From: Malacoraja senta
Taxonomy: Eukaryota
Direction: 5' to 3'
NCBI GenBank assembly: GCA_038087875.1
Contig: JAXLNO010000384.1
Span: 62,001-126,000 of the forward strand
DNA length: 64,000 bases
A program made the translations under genes and the position numbers. Position 1 is the stretch's first letter. Each line of letters opens with the position of its first letter. The notes under the pieces are model-generated. The model was not told the origin of the DNA and did no database searches. It saw only the letters and a list, made by a program, of their open reading frames with translations. Below, piece by piece: positions 50,571-62,804 of the stretch.

Positions 50571-50814
50571 GATCCCCTCGAGAGTGGGACCTCTCAGGGA
50601 TCAAAGCGGTCACCTCTGTGTGGAGCCACAGGAGATGGACAAGATTTTACCATGGACGGAGGAACTTGGGGCAGTCAATGGAAGTGTCTTGAGAGCTGAC
50701 AGTGTTACAGTCAAAGAAGTACTGCAGGTATTATCGTGTATGAAGGTAGTAAAATCTCCAGCCTGATCGGATATATCCGAAGACATTGTGGGGAAGTAGA
50801 AAGGGGCTAGAATA

Positions 50815-51285
50815 CAAAAAGAATCCAAGGAGATTTACGAGAATGATCCCAGGAATCAGTGGGTTAACATATGATGAGCGTTTGACGGCACTGGGACTCT
50901 ACTCGCTGGAGATTAGAAGAATGAGGGGGGACCTCATTGAAACGTACAGAATAGTGAAAGGCCCGGATAGAGTGGATGTGGAGAGGATGCTTCCACTAGT
51001 GGGAGAGTCTAGGACCAGAGGGCACAGCCTCAGAATTAAAGGACGTTCCTTTAGGAAGAAGATGAGGAGGAATTTCTTTAGTCAGAGGGTGGTGAATCTG
51101 TGGGATTCTTTGCCACAGACGGCTGTGGAGGCCACAAGTCAGTGGATATATTTAAGGCAGAGATTGACAGATTGTTGATTAATGCGGGTGTCAGGGGTTA
51201 TGGGGAGAAGGCAGGAGAATTGGGTTGGGAGGGAGAGATAGATCAGTCATGATTGAATGGCAGAGTTGACTCGATGGGCCGAATC
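50815..51285 (+). mobile_element. CR1 3' end, older subfamily
   Basis: ORF 50786..51178 motifs. Confidence 0.88.
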
Positions 51286-51319
51286 GTCTGAATAAAGGGT
51301 AGATTTAAAGCTTCATTCA

Positions 51320-52392
51320 TTCAAGGTGAGGGGGAACAGATTTAATAGGAATCTGAGGGGTAAGTTTTCCACACAGAGTGTGATGGGTGTATTGAACGAG
51401 CTGCCAGAGGAGGCAGTTGAGGCTGGGACTATCCCAACATTTAAGAAACAGTTAGACAGGTACATGGACAGGACAGGTTTGGAGGGATGTGGACCAAAAG
51501 TGGGCAGGTGGGACTAGTGTAGATGGGCAATATTGGGCGTTGTGAGCAAGTTGGGCTGAAGGGCCTGTTTCCACACTGTACCACTCTGTGACTAGTGTAG
51601 ATTGGGGCATGTTGGGTGGTGTGGGCAAGTTGGGCCGAAAGAAGGGCCTGTTTCCACACTGTACCACTCTGTGACTAGTGTAGATGGGGCATGTTGGGCG
51701 GTGTGGGCAAGTTGGGCTGAAAGAAGGGCCTGTTTCCACACTGTATCACTCTGTGACTAGTGTAGATGGGGCATGTTTGGCGGTGTGGGCAAGTTGGGCT
51801 GAAAGAAGGGCCTGTTTCCACACTGTACCACTCTGTGACTAGTGTAGATGGGGCACGTTGGCCGTTGTGGGGAAGTTGGGCTGAAGGGCCTGTTTCCACA
51901 CTGTATCACTCTATGACTAGTGTAGATGGGGCGTGTGGGGCGGTGTGGGCAAGTTGGGCTGAAGGACCTGTCTCCACACTGTACCACTCTGACTAGAGTA
52001 GTTGGGGCATGTTGGGCGGGGTGGGCAAGTTGGGCTGAGGGGCCTGTTTCCATGCTGTATCACTCTATGACTAGTGTAGATGGGGCATGTTGGCCGTTGT
52101 GGGGAAGTTGGGCTGAAGACCCAGTATCCACCCTGTGTCACTCTGTGACTAGTGTAGATGGGGCATGTTGGGCGGTGTGGGCTAGTTGGGCTGAAAGAAG
52201 GGCATGTTTCCACGCTGTATCACTCTGTAACTAGTGTAGATGGGGCATGTTGGGCGGTGTGGGCAAGTTGGGCTGAAAGAAGGGCCTGTTTCCACACTAT
52301 ATCACTCTATGACTAGTTTATTGGGGAATGTTGGCCGTTGTGGGCAAGTTGGGCTGAAGGAAGGGCCTGTTTCCGCTCTGTATCACTCTGAC
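51320..52392 (+). repeat. HER1-like LINE 3' end followed by about 11 tandem copies of its terminal 76-83 bp
   Basis: gactag (aactag at 52229) at 51512, 51590, 51673, 51755, 51837, 51915, 51991, 52069, 52147, 52229, 52311, 52390. Confidence 0.93.
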
Positions 52393-53023
52393 TAGTGCAG
52401 GGTCCAGAAGAGGTTTACGAGATTGATTCCCGGGGTGGTTGGGTTAATGTATGAGGAGCATTCGAAGGCTCTGGGCCTGTACTCGTGTTTGTACACAGGG
52501 TTTCAATGTCACCTGTGCGGCTGCCCTTTGTGTACAGTCCCGCCCGCACCCGGGCCCACCTCATCATTCACCCAGCCACGGCCTAGTCGGTCAACGAATT
52601 GCCCCGGACGGAATTGGTGATTTTTGGTTGACGTCCTGTTGATTTGGTTCATGATATACACGGGCGAGGGAGCATATTTAAAAAAGTACTGCCGTTTGAG
52701 GTGCACGGTTTGCGGTGGAAATTGTTAATGTGGCTCGGTGTACTAGTTCCCAGTTCACTGGTTCACAATGGTAAATTCTTGATGTCCATCGGTCTTCTGG
52801 TTCATAGTGTCTGTCCATTTGGTTCATGATATACACGGGGGAGGGAGCATATTTTAAAAGTACTGCCGTTTGAGGGTCAGTGTACTGGTTCAGAATACAG
52901 GATAAATTCCGTACTGGTTCAGTCTGCGGGATAAATTGTTAATATCATCGGTGTTGCGTGGGAAATTGTTAAAGTGCGTCGGTGTACTGGTTCACGATGC
53001 CTGTCGAGTTGCTTCATGATATA

Positions 53024-53860
53024 GTCAAGTCAAGTCACATTTATTTATATAGCACATTTAAAAAACAACTCTCGTTGGCCAAAGTGCTTTACAAGTCAAG
53101 TCAAGTGAGTTTATTGTCATGTGTCCCTGATAGGACAATGAAATTCTTGCTTTGCTTCAGCACAACAGAACATAGTAGGCATTGAGTACAAAACAGATCA
53201 GTTTGTCCATGTACCATTATATAAATATATACACACATGAATAAATAAACTGATGAAGTGCAGATAACAGATAATGGGTTATTAATAATCAGTGTTTTGT
53301 CCGAGCCAGGTATAATAGCCTGATAGCTGTGGGGAAGTAGCTATTCCTGAACCTGGTTGTTGCAGTCTTCAGGCTCCTGTACCTTCTACCTGAAGGTAGC
53401 AGGGAGATGAGTGTGTGGCCAGGATGGTGTGGGTCCTTGATGATGCTGCCAGCCTTTTTGAGGCAGCGACTGCGATAAATCCCCTCGATGGAATGGAGGT
53501 CAGAGCCGATGATGGACTGGGCAGTGTTTACTACTTTTTGTAGTCTTTTCCTCTCCAGGGCGCTTAAGTTGCCGAACCAAGCCACGATGCAACCGGTCAG
53601 CATGCTCTCTACTGTGCACCTGTAGAAGTTAGAGAGAGTCCTCCTTGACAAACCGACTCTCCGTAATCTTCTCAGGAAGTAGAGTAAGAATAGTATAAAC
53701 AAACAAACTATATACATATAGCCCGCGCTCAGAGGACGTCAAAAAAGGCTTGGGAGTATAGATACGTTTTTAGTCTTGACTTAAAGGAGTCGATGGAGGG
53801 GGCAGTTCTGATGGGAAGGGGGATGCTGTTCCACAGTCTAGGAGCTGCAACCGCAAAGGC
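53024..53860 (-). mobile_element. L2 3' end with nested Rex1/Babar (53093-53682)
   Basis: L2 tail 53024-53092 resumes at 53683; ORF 53289..53717 is a Rex1 C-terminus. Confidence 0.88.
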
Positions 53861-54054
53861 GCGTAAGGGAGCGTATTTAGATGTACTGCCGTTGGAGGTG
53901 CATAATTTGCGTGGAAAATAGTTAATGTGGATCGGTGTACTGGTTCATGATGTCCGTCGATTTGCTTTATGATTATACACTCGTAAGGGAGCATATTTAA
54001 AAGTACTGCCGTTTGAGGTGCACAATTTGCGGGGGAAATTGCTAATAGGGTTCG

Positions 54055-54152
54055 GTAGCTGGTTCCATCCGAAGTTTCCCTCGGGATAGCAGGCACTCGT
54101 CTGGTGAAGCGAATGCCTTGGGGCCAAAACGATCTCAACCTATTCTCATACT
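54055..54152 (+). pseudogene. 28S rRNA fragment, degenerate
   Basis: gtagctggttcc.tccgaagtttccctc.ggatagc ... aagcgaatg ... cttggggcc.aaacgatctcaacctattctca matches conserved LSU rRNA. Confidence 0.88.
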
Positions 54153-54571
54153 GGCATAGGTTTGTAGCTTAATTGGCTTGTAAATGTAAACAAAAATGCC
54201 ATTCGTGGGTGTAACATAGTATCGCTGCTCGGTGCTGACCTGGTGGGCCGAAGGGCATGTTTTCGTGCTGTATCTCTTTAAACAGAAAAGACTGAGAGCG
54301 ATCTACCCGTGCATACGGCCAGGGAACCGGGCGAAGAATGGTGTATGTTTAAAAGTACTGCCGTTTGAGGTGCATAGTTTGCGTGGGATAATGTTAATGT
54401 GAATCAGTGTACTGGTTCATGATGCCCGTCGATTTGCTTCGTGATTATACATTCGTAAGGGAGCATATTTAAAAGTACTGCCGTTTGAGGAGCAGTGTGC
54501 GGGGAAAATTGCTAATGTGGGTCGGTGTACTGGTTCATCATGCGGGATAAATTGTTAATGTCATCGGTTAT

Positions 54572-54937
54572 ACATAGAAACATAGTAAATAGGTGCATGA
54601 GTAGGCAATTCGGCCCTTCGAGCCTGCACCGCCATTCAATATGATCATGGCTGATCATCCAACTCAGTATCCTGTACCTGCCTTCTCTCCATACCCCCTG
54701 ATCCCTTTAGCCACAAGGGCCACATCTAACTCCCTCTTAAATATAGCCAAATGAACTGGCCTCAACTATCTTCTGTGACAGAGAGTTCCACAGATTCACC
54801 ACTCTCTGTGTGAAAAGAAAAAAAAATTCTCACCTCGGTCCTAAAAGAGTTCCCCCTTATCCTTAAACTGTGACCCCTTGTTCTGGACTTCCCCAACATC
54901 GGGAACAATCTTCCTGCATCTAGCCTGTCCAACCCCA
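54572..54937 (-). mobile_element. CR1 3' end
   Basis: 3'UTR, tail and C-terminal motifs. Confidence 0.92.
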
Positions 54938-55771
54938 ACCTCCTGTTGCGTGGGAAATTGTTAAAGTGCGTCGGTGTACTGGTCCATGATGCCTGTCGGT
55001 TTCCTTCGTGATTATACACTCGTAAGGGAATATATTTAAAAGTACTGCCGTTGGAGGTGCTCAACTTGCGGGGGAAATTGTTAAAGTGGGTCCGTGTACT
55101 GGTTCACGATGCCCAGATGAGGTTGAGATTGACTCCCTCACACCGGCGGAGTGGCCCCGTTTTCGGAAGGACTTCCGGACACCTGCCCGCCCGCCACTAC
55201 TTGTTGCCCGCCGCCGGTTAACGACTTGCCACTGGAAGTAGGTGAGGTCCGATTTGTGACCCTCTGCCGGTCCGCGTTGCCACTTTCCCGGCAGGACTAT
55301 CGGTCCGACTACCGCCGACCAGCAAATCGCATTTCTGGTACGGGCAGTCCCGGACATGGTTCACGAGTCCCCCTCCATGAGGATGTGATTTGTGGCCTTG
55401 CGCGGGGCCTTCGTGCGACAAATCCGGACTGACTACCGGGCCAACTCTCCCCACTGGTTAGTGATCCGTGTTGTATAGCGATTCTCCCACTTGGTTCATG
55501 AATTCCCCTCACTCAGCGCGGTGGGTGGGGAGCTGCAGCCCAGACCTTGCCAGCGGGCGTAGTGCTGGGCGTCGGCGTGTTACCGTCGGCTCTGCCCCCA
55601 CGTTAGGGTTTGGTGTTTGACCACGTTAGGGGTTACAGGGTTAGGTTTATGGAATCTGTGGAGAACAGCCTGGGCCGTCCACCCTGCCGGGCGGGTGTCG
55701 TTCGTGGAGCTGGGGCAAGAAGCAGGCCTGGAAGTTCCAGCTGGAAATCCCCGATCGGACAGTGCACGGAG

Positions 55772-56814
55772 TAGGTATGTTACAATACTTACCTTCACCG
55801 GCGCTGTAATTCTGCCACTGGCCGTGTGCGCGATTTGGGCGCCTTTAAGGGGGGGGCGGGGTTAAAACGCGGGTTTCTCCTACCTTGTCCTGTATTATAT
55901 TTCGTTGGAGTACAAGCGTTTGCTGAAAAATCGTTCCTAGCGGCGTTTTGTGTATTTTTTATTTTAATTAAATCGACAATGTCAGCGCTGGAGTTATTTT
56001 AAAAGCAGCTCCTAAAGCCGTCAGCGCCGACAACGGGGACGGATTTCACGTACGGGACATGTAAACGAAAGTGGTTTATTTTAATGTATGAAAGTGCTAC
56101 TTAAGAAGACTTTAATTCACATTTTTTCATGCGAAACGGTAATTTTATTCCCCGAACTAACGGCAGTATTTTTCTTGCCGATACGGGGTTAAATTCATCG
56201 CAAATGAACGTTCCAAAAGATCGCGTTCCAGAAAACCTCACTCGCAAGATGATATAAATGCCCATTAATTTACAGGTATTAAACATTCAATTCCTTCCAT
56301 TTGGCCTGTAAATCCATGACAATGAGATTGAAAAATTATGTTATATTGTGAATTCTTGTGTGAATGTTATTTGGACAACTAGGCTATTTAAAAATGTTAA
56401 TCTATTCTTAAGAAATTGATAGATGTTTAGATCTAGTAATTGAATTTTGTAATTAGCTACAATTAGATAACTAACTAATTATATGCTTTAATTTCATGTC
56501 TTCTAAGTAAGATTGTTTCATATTTGTTTCAGAATGCTTCAATCTATAATAACTGAAAATTTCTTTCAGTTCTCTTAATTTTTAAGAAAGTTATGGGCTG
56601 TTGACTGTCCTCGATCACAGCTTTTGTGTTAAGTCAATTGAAAAGCAATTGGGAACAAGATGCTAATTTCCGAGTATGAAAATGGCCATAACTTTTTTAA
56701 TACTGAAGATATCAAAGTGAATTAGGTGTCAAATTAAACTTCTTTTTATACTTTATCTGATGGGATAAATTGCAGACTTTATTTTTTAAATCTCAAAATC
56801 TTTTAACATTGCTA
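55772..56814. mobile_element. Related TIR element with 7-bp TSD, opposite orientation
   Basis: TIRs TAGGTATGTTACAA / TTTTAACATTGCTA; TSD CACGGAG at 55765-55771 and 56815-56821; 56440-56814 is the reverse complement of 45994-46370. Confidence 0.9.
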
Positions 56815-56834
56815 CACGGAGGGTCTGGTACTTG

Positions 56835-57110
56835 GCTGCTTCATCAATTCTCCCGTTTAGTTCATGAGTTAGCTGCTAAGTTCATGAATTCTCCCACTTG
56901 AACGGCTAAGTTCATGAATTCTCCCACTTGGGTCATGAGTTCGCCATTGGGTTCGTTAATTCCTCGGCTTGTTCATGTGTTCGCCATTTGGTTCATCAAT
57001 TCGCCCATTTGGTTAATGAGTTAGTTACTTGGTTCATCAATTCTACCACTTGGTTCACGAGTTCTCCTTTTGGTTCATGAATTCTGCTACTTAGTTCACG
57101 AATTTTTTCA
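56835..57110. repeat. Degenerate ~22-bp tandem repeat
   Basis: (g)gttcatgaattctcccactt units; also at 55480-55510. Confidence 0.8.
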
Positions 57111-57574
57111 CTCGCTGCGTCCAATGCCGTTTGAGGTGCACAGTTTGCGGTGGATATTGTTAATGTGAATCAGTGTTCTGGTTCATGATGTCCGTGGATT
57201 TGCTTCATGATTATACACTCGTAAGGGAGCATATTTAAAAGTACTGCCGTTTGAGGTGCACAGTTTGCGAGGGAAATTATTAGCATGGATCGATGTGTCG
57301 ATACCTATGAGGGGGGCAATGGGGATGGATTTTCTGTTGCCTGACGGACGGATGCGACCAGGAGACTGGGAGTGTAATGTAAAGAAAAATGTCCCCAGTG
57401 GGTGTAGGATAGTGTTAATGTGCGGGGTTCGCTGGTCGGCACGGACCCGGTGGGCCGAAGGACCTATTTCCATGCTGTACCTCTTAAAACGACTACGATC
57501 GATCTACCTGTGTGACCAGGATACCAGGAGAGTAATGTAAAACAAAATTCCCTGGAGGGTGTAGGATTGTCTTA

Positions 57575-60034
57575 ATGAATGACTGAATGAATAAATGAAT
57601 ACGTTTGGTACACAAAAATGCTGGAGAAACTCAGCGGGTGCAGCAGCATCTATGGAGCGAAGGAAATAGGTAACGTTTCGGGCCGAAACCCTTCTTCATA
57701 CAAAGAATTTGCCTTGGTGCTCCGCCCGCAAGTGACAACGGCATACAGTGACAGGAATGACACATAAAACATTAAATGTTAATAATAAAACATTATCGAA
57801 TCTTTTTATTTGAATTTCACGGCAATTTACATACATACTATAATAACAGACAGTAATAATCAAGGCATAATTGTACAACAGTATGTAAGCGATCCTCAAA
57901 ACCCTTACCCTTACCCACCTTCAACCCACCCAAGTCAGGTCGGAGCCAAACGGGGACAAACAACACTCACATACGTACACATCCACACACAAATGGTAGA
58001 ATAGACGAAACAAAATGTGCTATATACAAACAAAAATAGAAGAAAAAAAAAGAAAAAATATATATATATATATATATGCATATATATCTAAATAAACAAT
58101 TGTAGGGAGGGGGGAATTAAGGGGAAAGCAGCTGCTGTAGAACAAAACGATGATGGAGAACACTCAGTCCTCTTCCGAGTCCGGGGACAAGGTAAGAGAG
58201 TTAACCAGTTGAAAGAAAGGGTTCCATGTATCTAGGAATGTCTTGGTAGAGCCTTTGAGAGAGAACCTAAGTTTTTTAAGTTTCAGATTGTAAAGCACCT
58301 CCTTAATCCAACGGGCGTGTGTCGGGGGACAGGTGAGCCTCCAACTAAGCAAGACCAGTCTCCGGGCTAACAAGGTTGTAAAAGCTAGGACCCGTTTCAC
58401 CGCAACAGAGAGGTTGGTATTGGGAGGGGTACCGAAAATGGCTGACATTGGATTTGGAAGAATAGTCTGGTCGTAAGCTCTTCTTATCAATTCAAAAGCA
58501 CTCGTCCAAAAGGCTGCTAGCTTAGGGCAAGACCAAAACATGTGGCTATGGTTGGCAGGAGATTGACTACATCTGTTACAGGTGTCATTGACAGCTGGGT
58601 ACATTCTAGCTAATCTTGCATTTGTATGGTGGACTTTGTAAAGGACTTTGCATTGGATTAGGCCATGACGAGCGCATATGGAAGAAGAGTGGATCAAATC
58701 CAAGGCAGAGTCCCATTGCTGGTCTGTTAATTGCGTATTCAGCTCTCCCATGCAGCTTTTAATGAGGTATGAGGTTTCAATAAAACCGACCCTAGCAAAT
58801 TATACAAAATAGAGATGCATTTATTCCGATTGGGGTCTAAAGCTAAGATGATATCAGTCAGGGTTTCAGGAGGGCGATTTGGGAAGTAGGGAAATGTCTT
58901 CTTCACAAAATCCCTCATCTGGAAAAAACGAAAAAGGTGGGAGTTTGGGAGGTTGTAGTTAGACGAGAGAAGATACCATCCTTATATAGGTTTGTAATAC
59001 TACTGATGCCCTTACTATGCCAGGTTTTAAATACGTGGTCTATACTTGAAGGTTTAAAAATGTGATTTTTAAGCAGTGGGGTCAAAATGGAAGGACCCTG
59101 TAAACCGAGGTTTTTCCTAAATTGACTCCATATCTTGAGAGAAAGGGACACAATTGGGCCTGCACCCACAGGTGTTATAGAAAGGGGGAGTTGGGAGCAT
59201 AGGACAGACCGCAATGGGAGACGTGAACTCACCTTTTCCATATATACCCAGATCGGTGGGTGCTCGCAATCATCATTCATCCAATACAGGAGTTTTTGCA
59301 AGTTAGATAAAACATTATCGATTAAACATGTGAATTAAATAAAATACCAGAGCAAAAGGAGGCTACAGATTTTTGGTTATTGAGTGGAGCTAATACTCAT
59401 GGGGAAAAAAGCTGTTTTTCTGTCTGGCTGTGGCGAGTCGCCTTCCAGAGGGAGGTGACTCAAAGAGTTTGTGAGTAGAGGGGGAAACATTGTCTGGTCC
59501 TAGAAATTTCCAGCTTTTTCACCTCCTATTTTTATCGTTGATGATGGAGAAGTGATGTTGTGCAGCACAGAGGGGATGGGTAATTGGGTGTGAAGTGGTG
59601 ATTGGAGATGAGTGGGTGGGAAAGGGTCCAGTCTTTTCAGACAGCAATCTTGCTTTAAGTAGGTGTGAAGTGGTGATTTGAGAGGAGTGGGTGTAGAAAG
59701 GTCAAGTCTTGGCAGACTGAGGACAGGTTGTGAGTGGGTGGGAAGTGTTGGTTGGGGTGGGAAAAGGTCCAGTCTTTTCAGACTGGAGTCTTGCTTTAAG
59801 TAGGTGTGAAGTGGTGAATGGGGAGGAGTGGGTGTAGAAGGGTCCAGTCTTCGCAGACTGGGGTCTGGCTGTGTTGGTTGGGGTGGGGGAGGGGGTACCA
59901 AGCTTAGGTTTCTGCTTGTCAAACTTGCAGTGTAACTCATTCATGTCGTTGGTCAGCTGACGATTGTCCTAAGAGCGGGAGGCTTTCCTCTTGTAGCTGG
60001 TGATTTCTTGCAAGCCCTTCCAAACTGAAGACGA
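57575..60034 (-). mobile_element. Internally deleted Rex1-like LINE hosting L1 and Penelope inserts
   Basis: VWKGLQEITSYK near 60030, PSGRRL/NSFFP near 59400-59470, 3'UTR continues across the L1 TSD, (ATTC)n tail at 57575. Confidence 0.6.
57800..59306 (-). mobile_element. L1-clade LINE, 5'-truncated
   Basis: CNRC..HMFWSCPKL cysteine motif; 15-bp TSD ATAAAACATTATCGA at 57785-57799 and 59307-59321. Confidence 0.92.
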
Positions 60035-60159
60035 TGTGCGGGGATCACTGGTCAGTGCGGACCCGGTGGGCCGAAGGGCCTGTTTCCGGGCTGTATCTCT
60101 TATTTAAAATAAAGACTGAGCGATCTACCCATGCGACCAGGAGACCGGGGGAGGAATGG

Positions 60160-61859
60160 AGTAAGGAGGACACAAACAATCTTCCTGATATAGTAGTGGC
60201 CAGAGGATCTGGGGTGATGGAGGAACTGAAGGAAATCCACATTTGGCAGGAAATGGTGTTGGATAGACTGATGGGACTGAAGGCTGATAAATCCCCAGGG
60301 CCTGATGGTCTGCATCCCAGGGTACTTAAGGAAGTGGCGCTAGAAATCGTGGATGCATTGGTGATAATTTTCCAATGTTCTATAGACTCAGGATCAGTTC
60401 CTGTGGATTGGAGGGTAGCTAATGTTATCCCACTTTTTAAGAAAGGCGGGAGAGAGAAAACAGGAAATTATAGACCAATTAGCCTGACATCGGTGGTGGG
60501 GAAGATGCTGGAGTCAATTATAAAAGATGAAATAGCCGCACATTTGGATAGCAGTAACAGGATCGGTCCGAGTCAGCATGGATTTACGAAGGGGAAATCA
60601 TGCTTGACTAATCTTCTGGAATTTATTGATGATGTAACTGGGAAAATGGACAAGGGAGAGCCAGTGGATGTAGTGTACCTGGACTTTCAGAAAGCATTTG
60701 ATAAGGTCCCACATAGGAGATTAGTGGGCAAAATTAGGGCACATGGTATTGGGGGTAGAGTGCTGACATGGATAGAGAAGTGGTTGGCAGACAGGAACAC
60801 AGCTTCTCTATCCATGTCAGTAAATTGTAAATAGCTGCGGTCCCAGCACCGAGAAAGGCTCGGTGCTGGGACCGCAGCTATTTACAATTTACATCAATGA
60901 TTTGGATGAAGGGATTCAAAGTAACATTAGCAAATTTGCAGATGACACAAAGCTGGGTGGCAGTGTGAACTGTGAGGAGGATGCTATGAGAATGCAGGGT
61001 GACTTGGACAGGTTGGGGGAGTGGGCAGATGCATGGCAGACAATGTTTAATGTAGATAAATGTGAGGTTCTCCACTTTGGAATCAAAAACAGGAAGGCAG
61101 ATTACTATCTAAGTGTCGTCAAGGGAAAAGAGGAAGTACAACGGGCTCTGGGGGTCCTTGTTCATCAGTCTATGAAAGTAAGCATGCAGGTACAGCAGGC
61201 AGTGAAGAAAGCGAATGGCATATTGGCATTTATAACAAGAGGAGTTGAGTATAGGAGCAAAGAGGTCCTGCTGCAGTTGTACAGAGCCCTAGTGAGACCA
61301 CACCTGGAGTATTGTGTGCAGCTTTGGTCCCCTAATTTGAGGAAGGACATTCTTGCTATTGAGGGAGTGCAGCGTAGGTTCACCAGGTTAATTCCCGGGT
61401 TGGCAGGACTGTCATATGCTGAGAGAGTGGAGCAGCTGGGCTTGTACACTCTGGAGTTTAGAAGGATGAGAGGATATCTTATTGAAACATATAAGATTAA
61501 TAAGGGTTTGGACACGCTAGAGGCAGGAAACATGTTCCCGATGTTGGGGGAGTCCAGAACCAGGGGCCACAGTTTAAGAATAAGGGGTAAGCCATTTAGA
61601 ACAGAGACGAGGAAATACTTTTTCTCACAGAGAGTTGTGAGTCTGAATTCTCTGCCTCAGAGGGCGGTGGAGGCCAGTTCTCTGGATACTTTCAAGAGAG
61701 AGCTAGATAGTGCTCTTAAAAATAGCGGAGTCATGGGGATATGGGGAGAAGGCAGGAACGGGGTACTGATTGGGGATGATCAGCCATGATCACATTGAAT
61801 GGCGGTGCTGGCTCGAAGAGCTGAATGGCCTACTCTGGCGTCTATTGTCTATTGTCTAT
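60160..61859 (+). mobile_element. CR1 RT and 3' end with internal foldback rearrangement
   Basis: ORFs 60034..60834 and 60863..61789; CTATTGT tail. Confidence 0.95.
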
Positions 61860-62440
61860 CACAGGTAACAGACTACTGACCGACATCTACTACTAACCCA
61901 CTGACGCCCATGGCTATCTGGACTGCACTGGCCACATCTGCCCCCAGGATGAAGTGTTCCAAACCAGGGCATCGGAGATGTCCTCATTCATTAGGGAATG
62001 GGGTTCCCCTCTTCTACTATAGATGAGGCTCTTATCAAGGTCTCCTCAATATCCCGCAGCTCCGCTCATACTCGCCATCCCACTACTCGTAACAAGGACA
62101 GAGTCCCCCTTGTCCTCACCTTCCACCCTACCAGCCGTCACATACAACAGATAATCCTCCAACATTTTCGCCACCTCCAACGGGATCCCACCACTGGCCT
62201 CATCTTCCCATTCTCCAATTTCAGTGGTTTCTCCATCCTTCCCCTTCCCAGCTCTCCCACAGCCTTCTGTCGCTGCCTTTTCCTTCCTTTATCCCGCACC
62301 CCCACCCCAACTTCAGTCTGAAGAACGGTCTCGACCTGAAACGTCACATATTCCTTCTCTCCATAGATGCTGCCTCACCCGCTGAGTTACTGTCGCATTT
62401 TTGTCAGCCTTTGATTTTTCCAGCATCTGCAATTCTTTCT
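61860..62440 (+). mobile_element. Penelope-like element, RT thumb/linker remnant plus terminal repeat with hammerhead core
   Basis: TDIYY*PTDAHGYLD, GFPSSTIDEAL, DRVPLVLTFHP; CTGAAGA..GAAACGTC at 62318-62345. Confidence 0.8.
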
Positions 62441-62444
62441 TAAT

Positions 62445-62590
62445 CCACACGGTGGGAGTGTTGACCATAAATTGGACTGGCCTGCAGTGCGGCGGATCAC
62501 CACACGGTGGGAGTGTTGACCAAAAATTCGACGGGCCTGCAGTGCGGAGGATCACCACACGGTGGGTGTGTTGACCACAAATTGGAGCGA
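62445..62590. repeat. ~55-bp tandem repeat, 2-3 copies
   Basis: ccacacggtggg(a/t)gtgttgacc repeated. Confidence 0.8.
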
Positions 62591-62804
62591 CCTGTTATGT
62601 GAATTCACTGCACATTGGGAGCGCTGTCGACAAATTGGATATTGTGCTCTTTACTGCAAAATGGTTCTTTATTGCTCTGTGACCCTTTACCTTTCCCCGT
62701 AATGCATCCATTGCACAGATGCTAAAGTTTGTAAAAGCCCTGAAACCAGCAGAGATTTGGTATGAAAATCACGGAACTACAGATACTGGTTTACAAAAAA
62801 ATAG

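Larger units (their letters stand above)
52640..57290. repeat. Interrupted array of a ~120-bp repeat
   Basis: gtactggttcatgat..tatacactcgtaagggagcatatttaaaagtactgccgtttgaggtgca in blocks at 52640-53020, 53860-54050, 54345-54570, 54945-55115, 57125-57290. Confidence 0.85.

Noticed and set aside
54055..54152. Functional rRNA gene or R2 target site
   Set aside because: About 100 bp with deletions; does not contain the R2 insertion sequence
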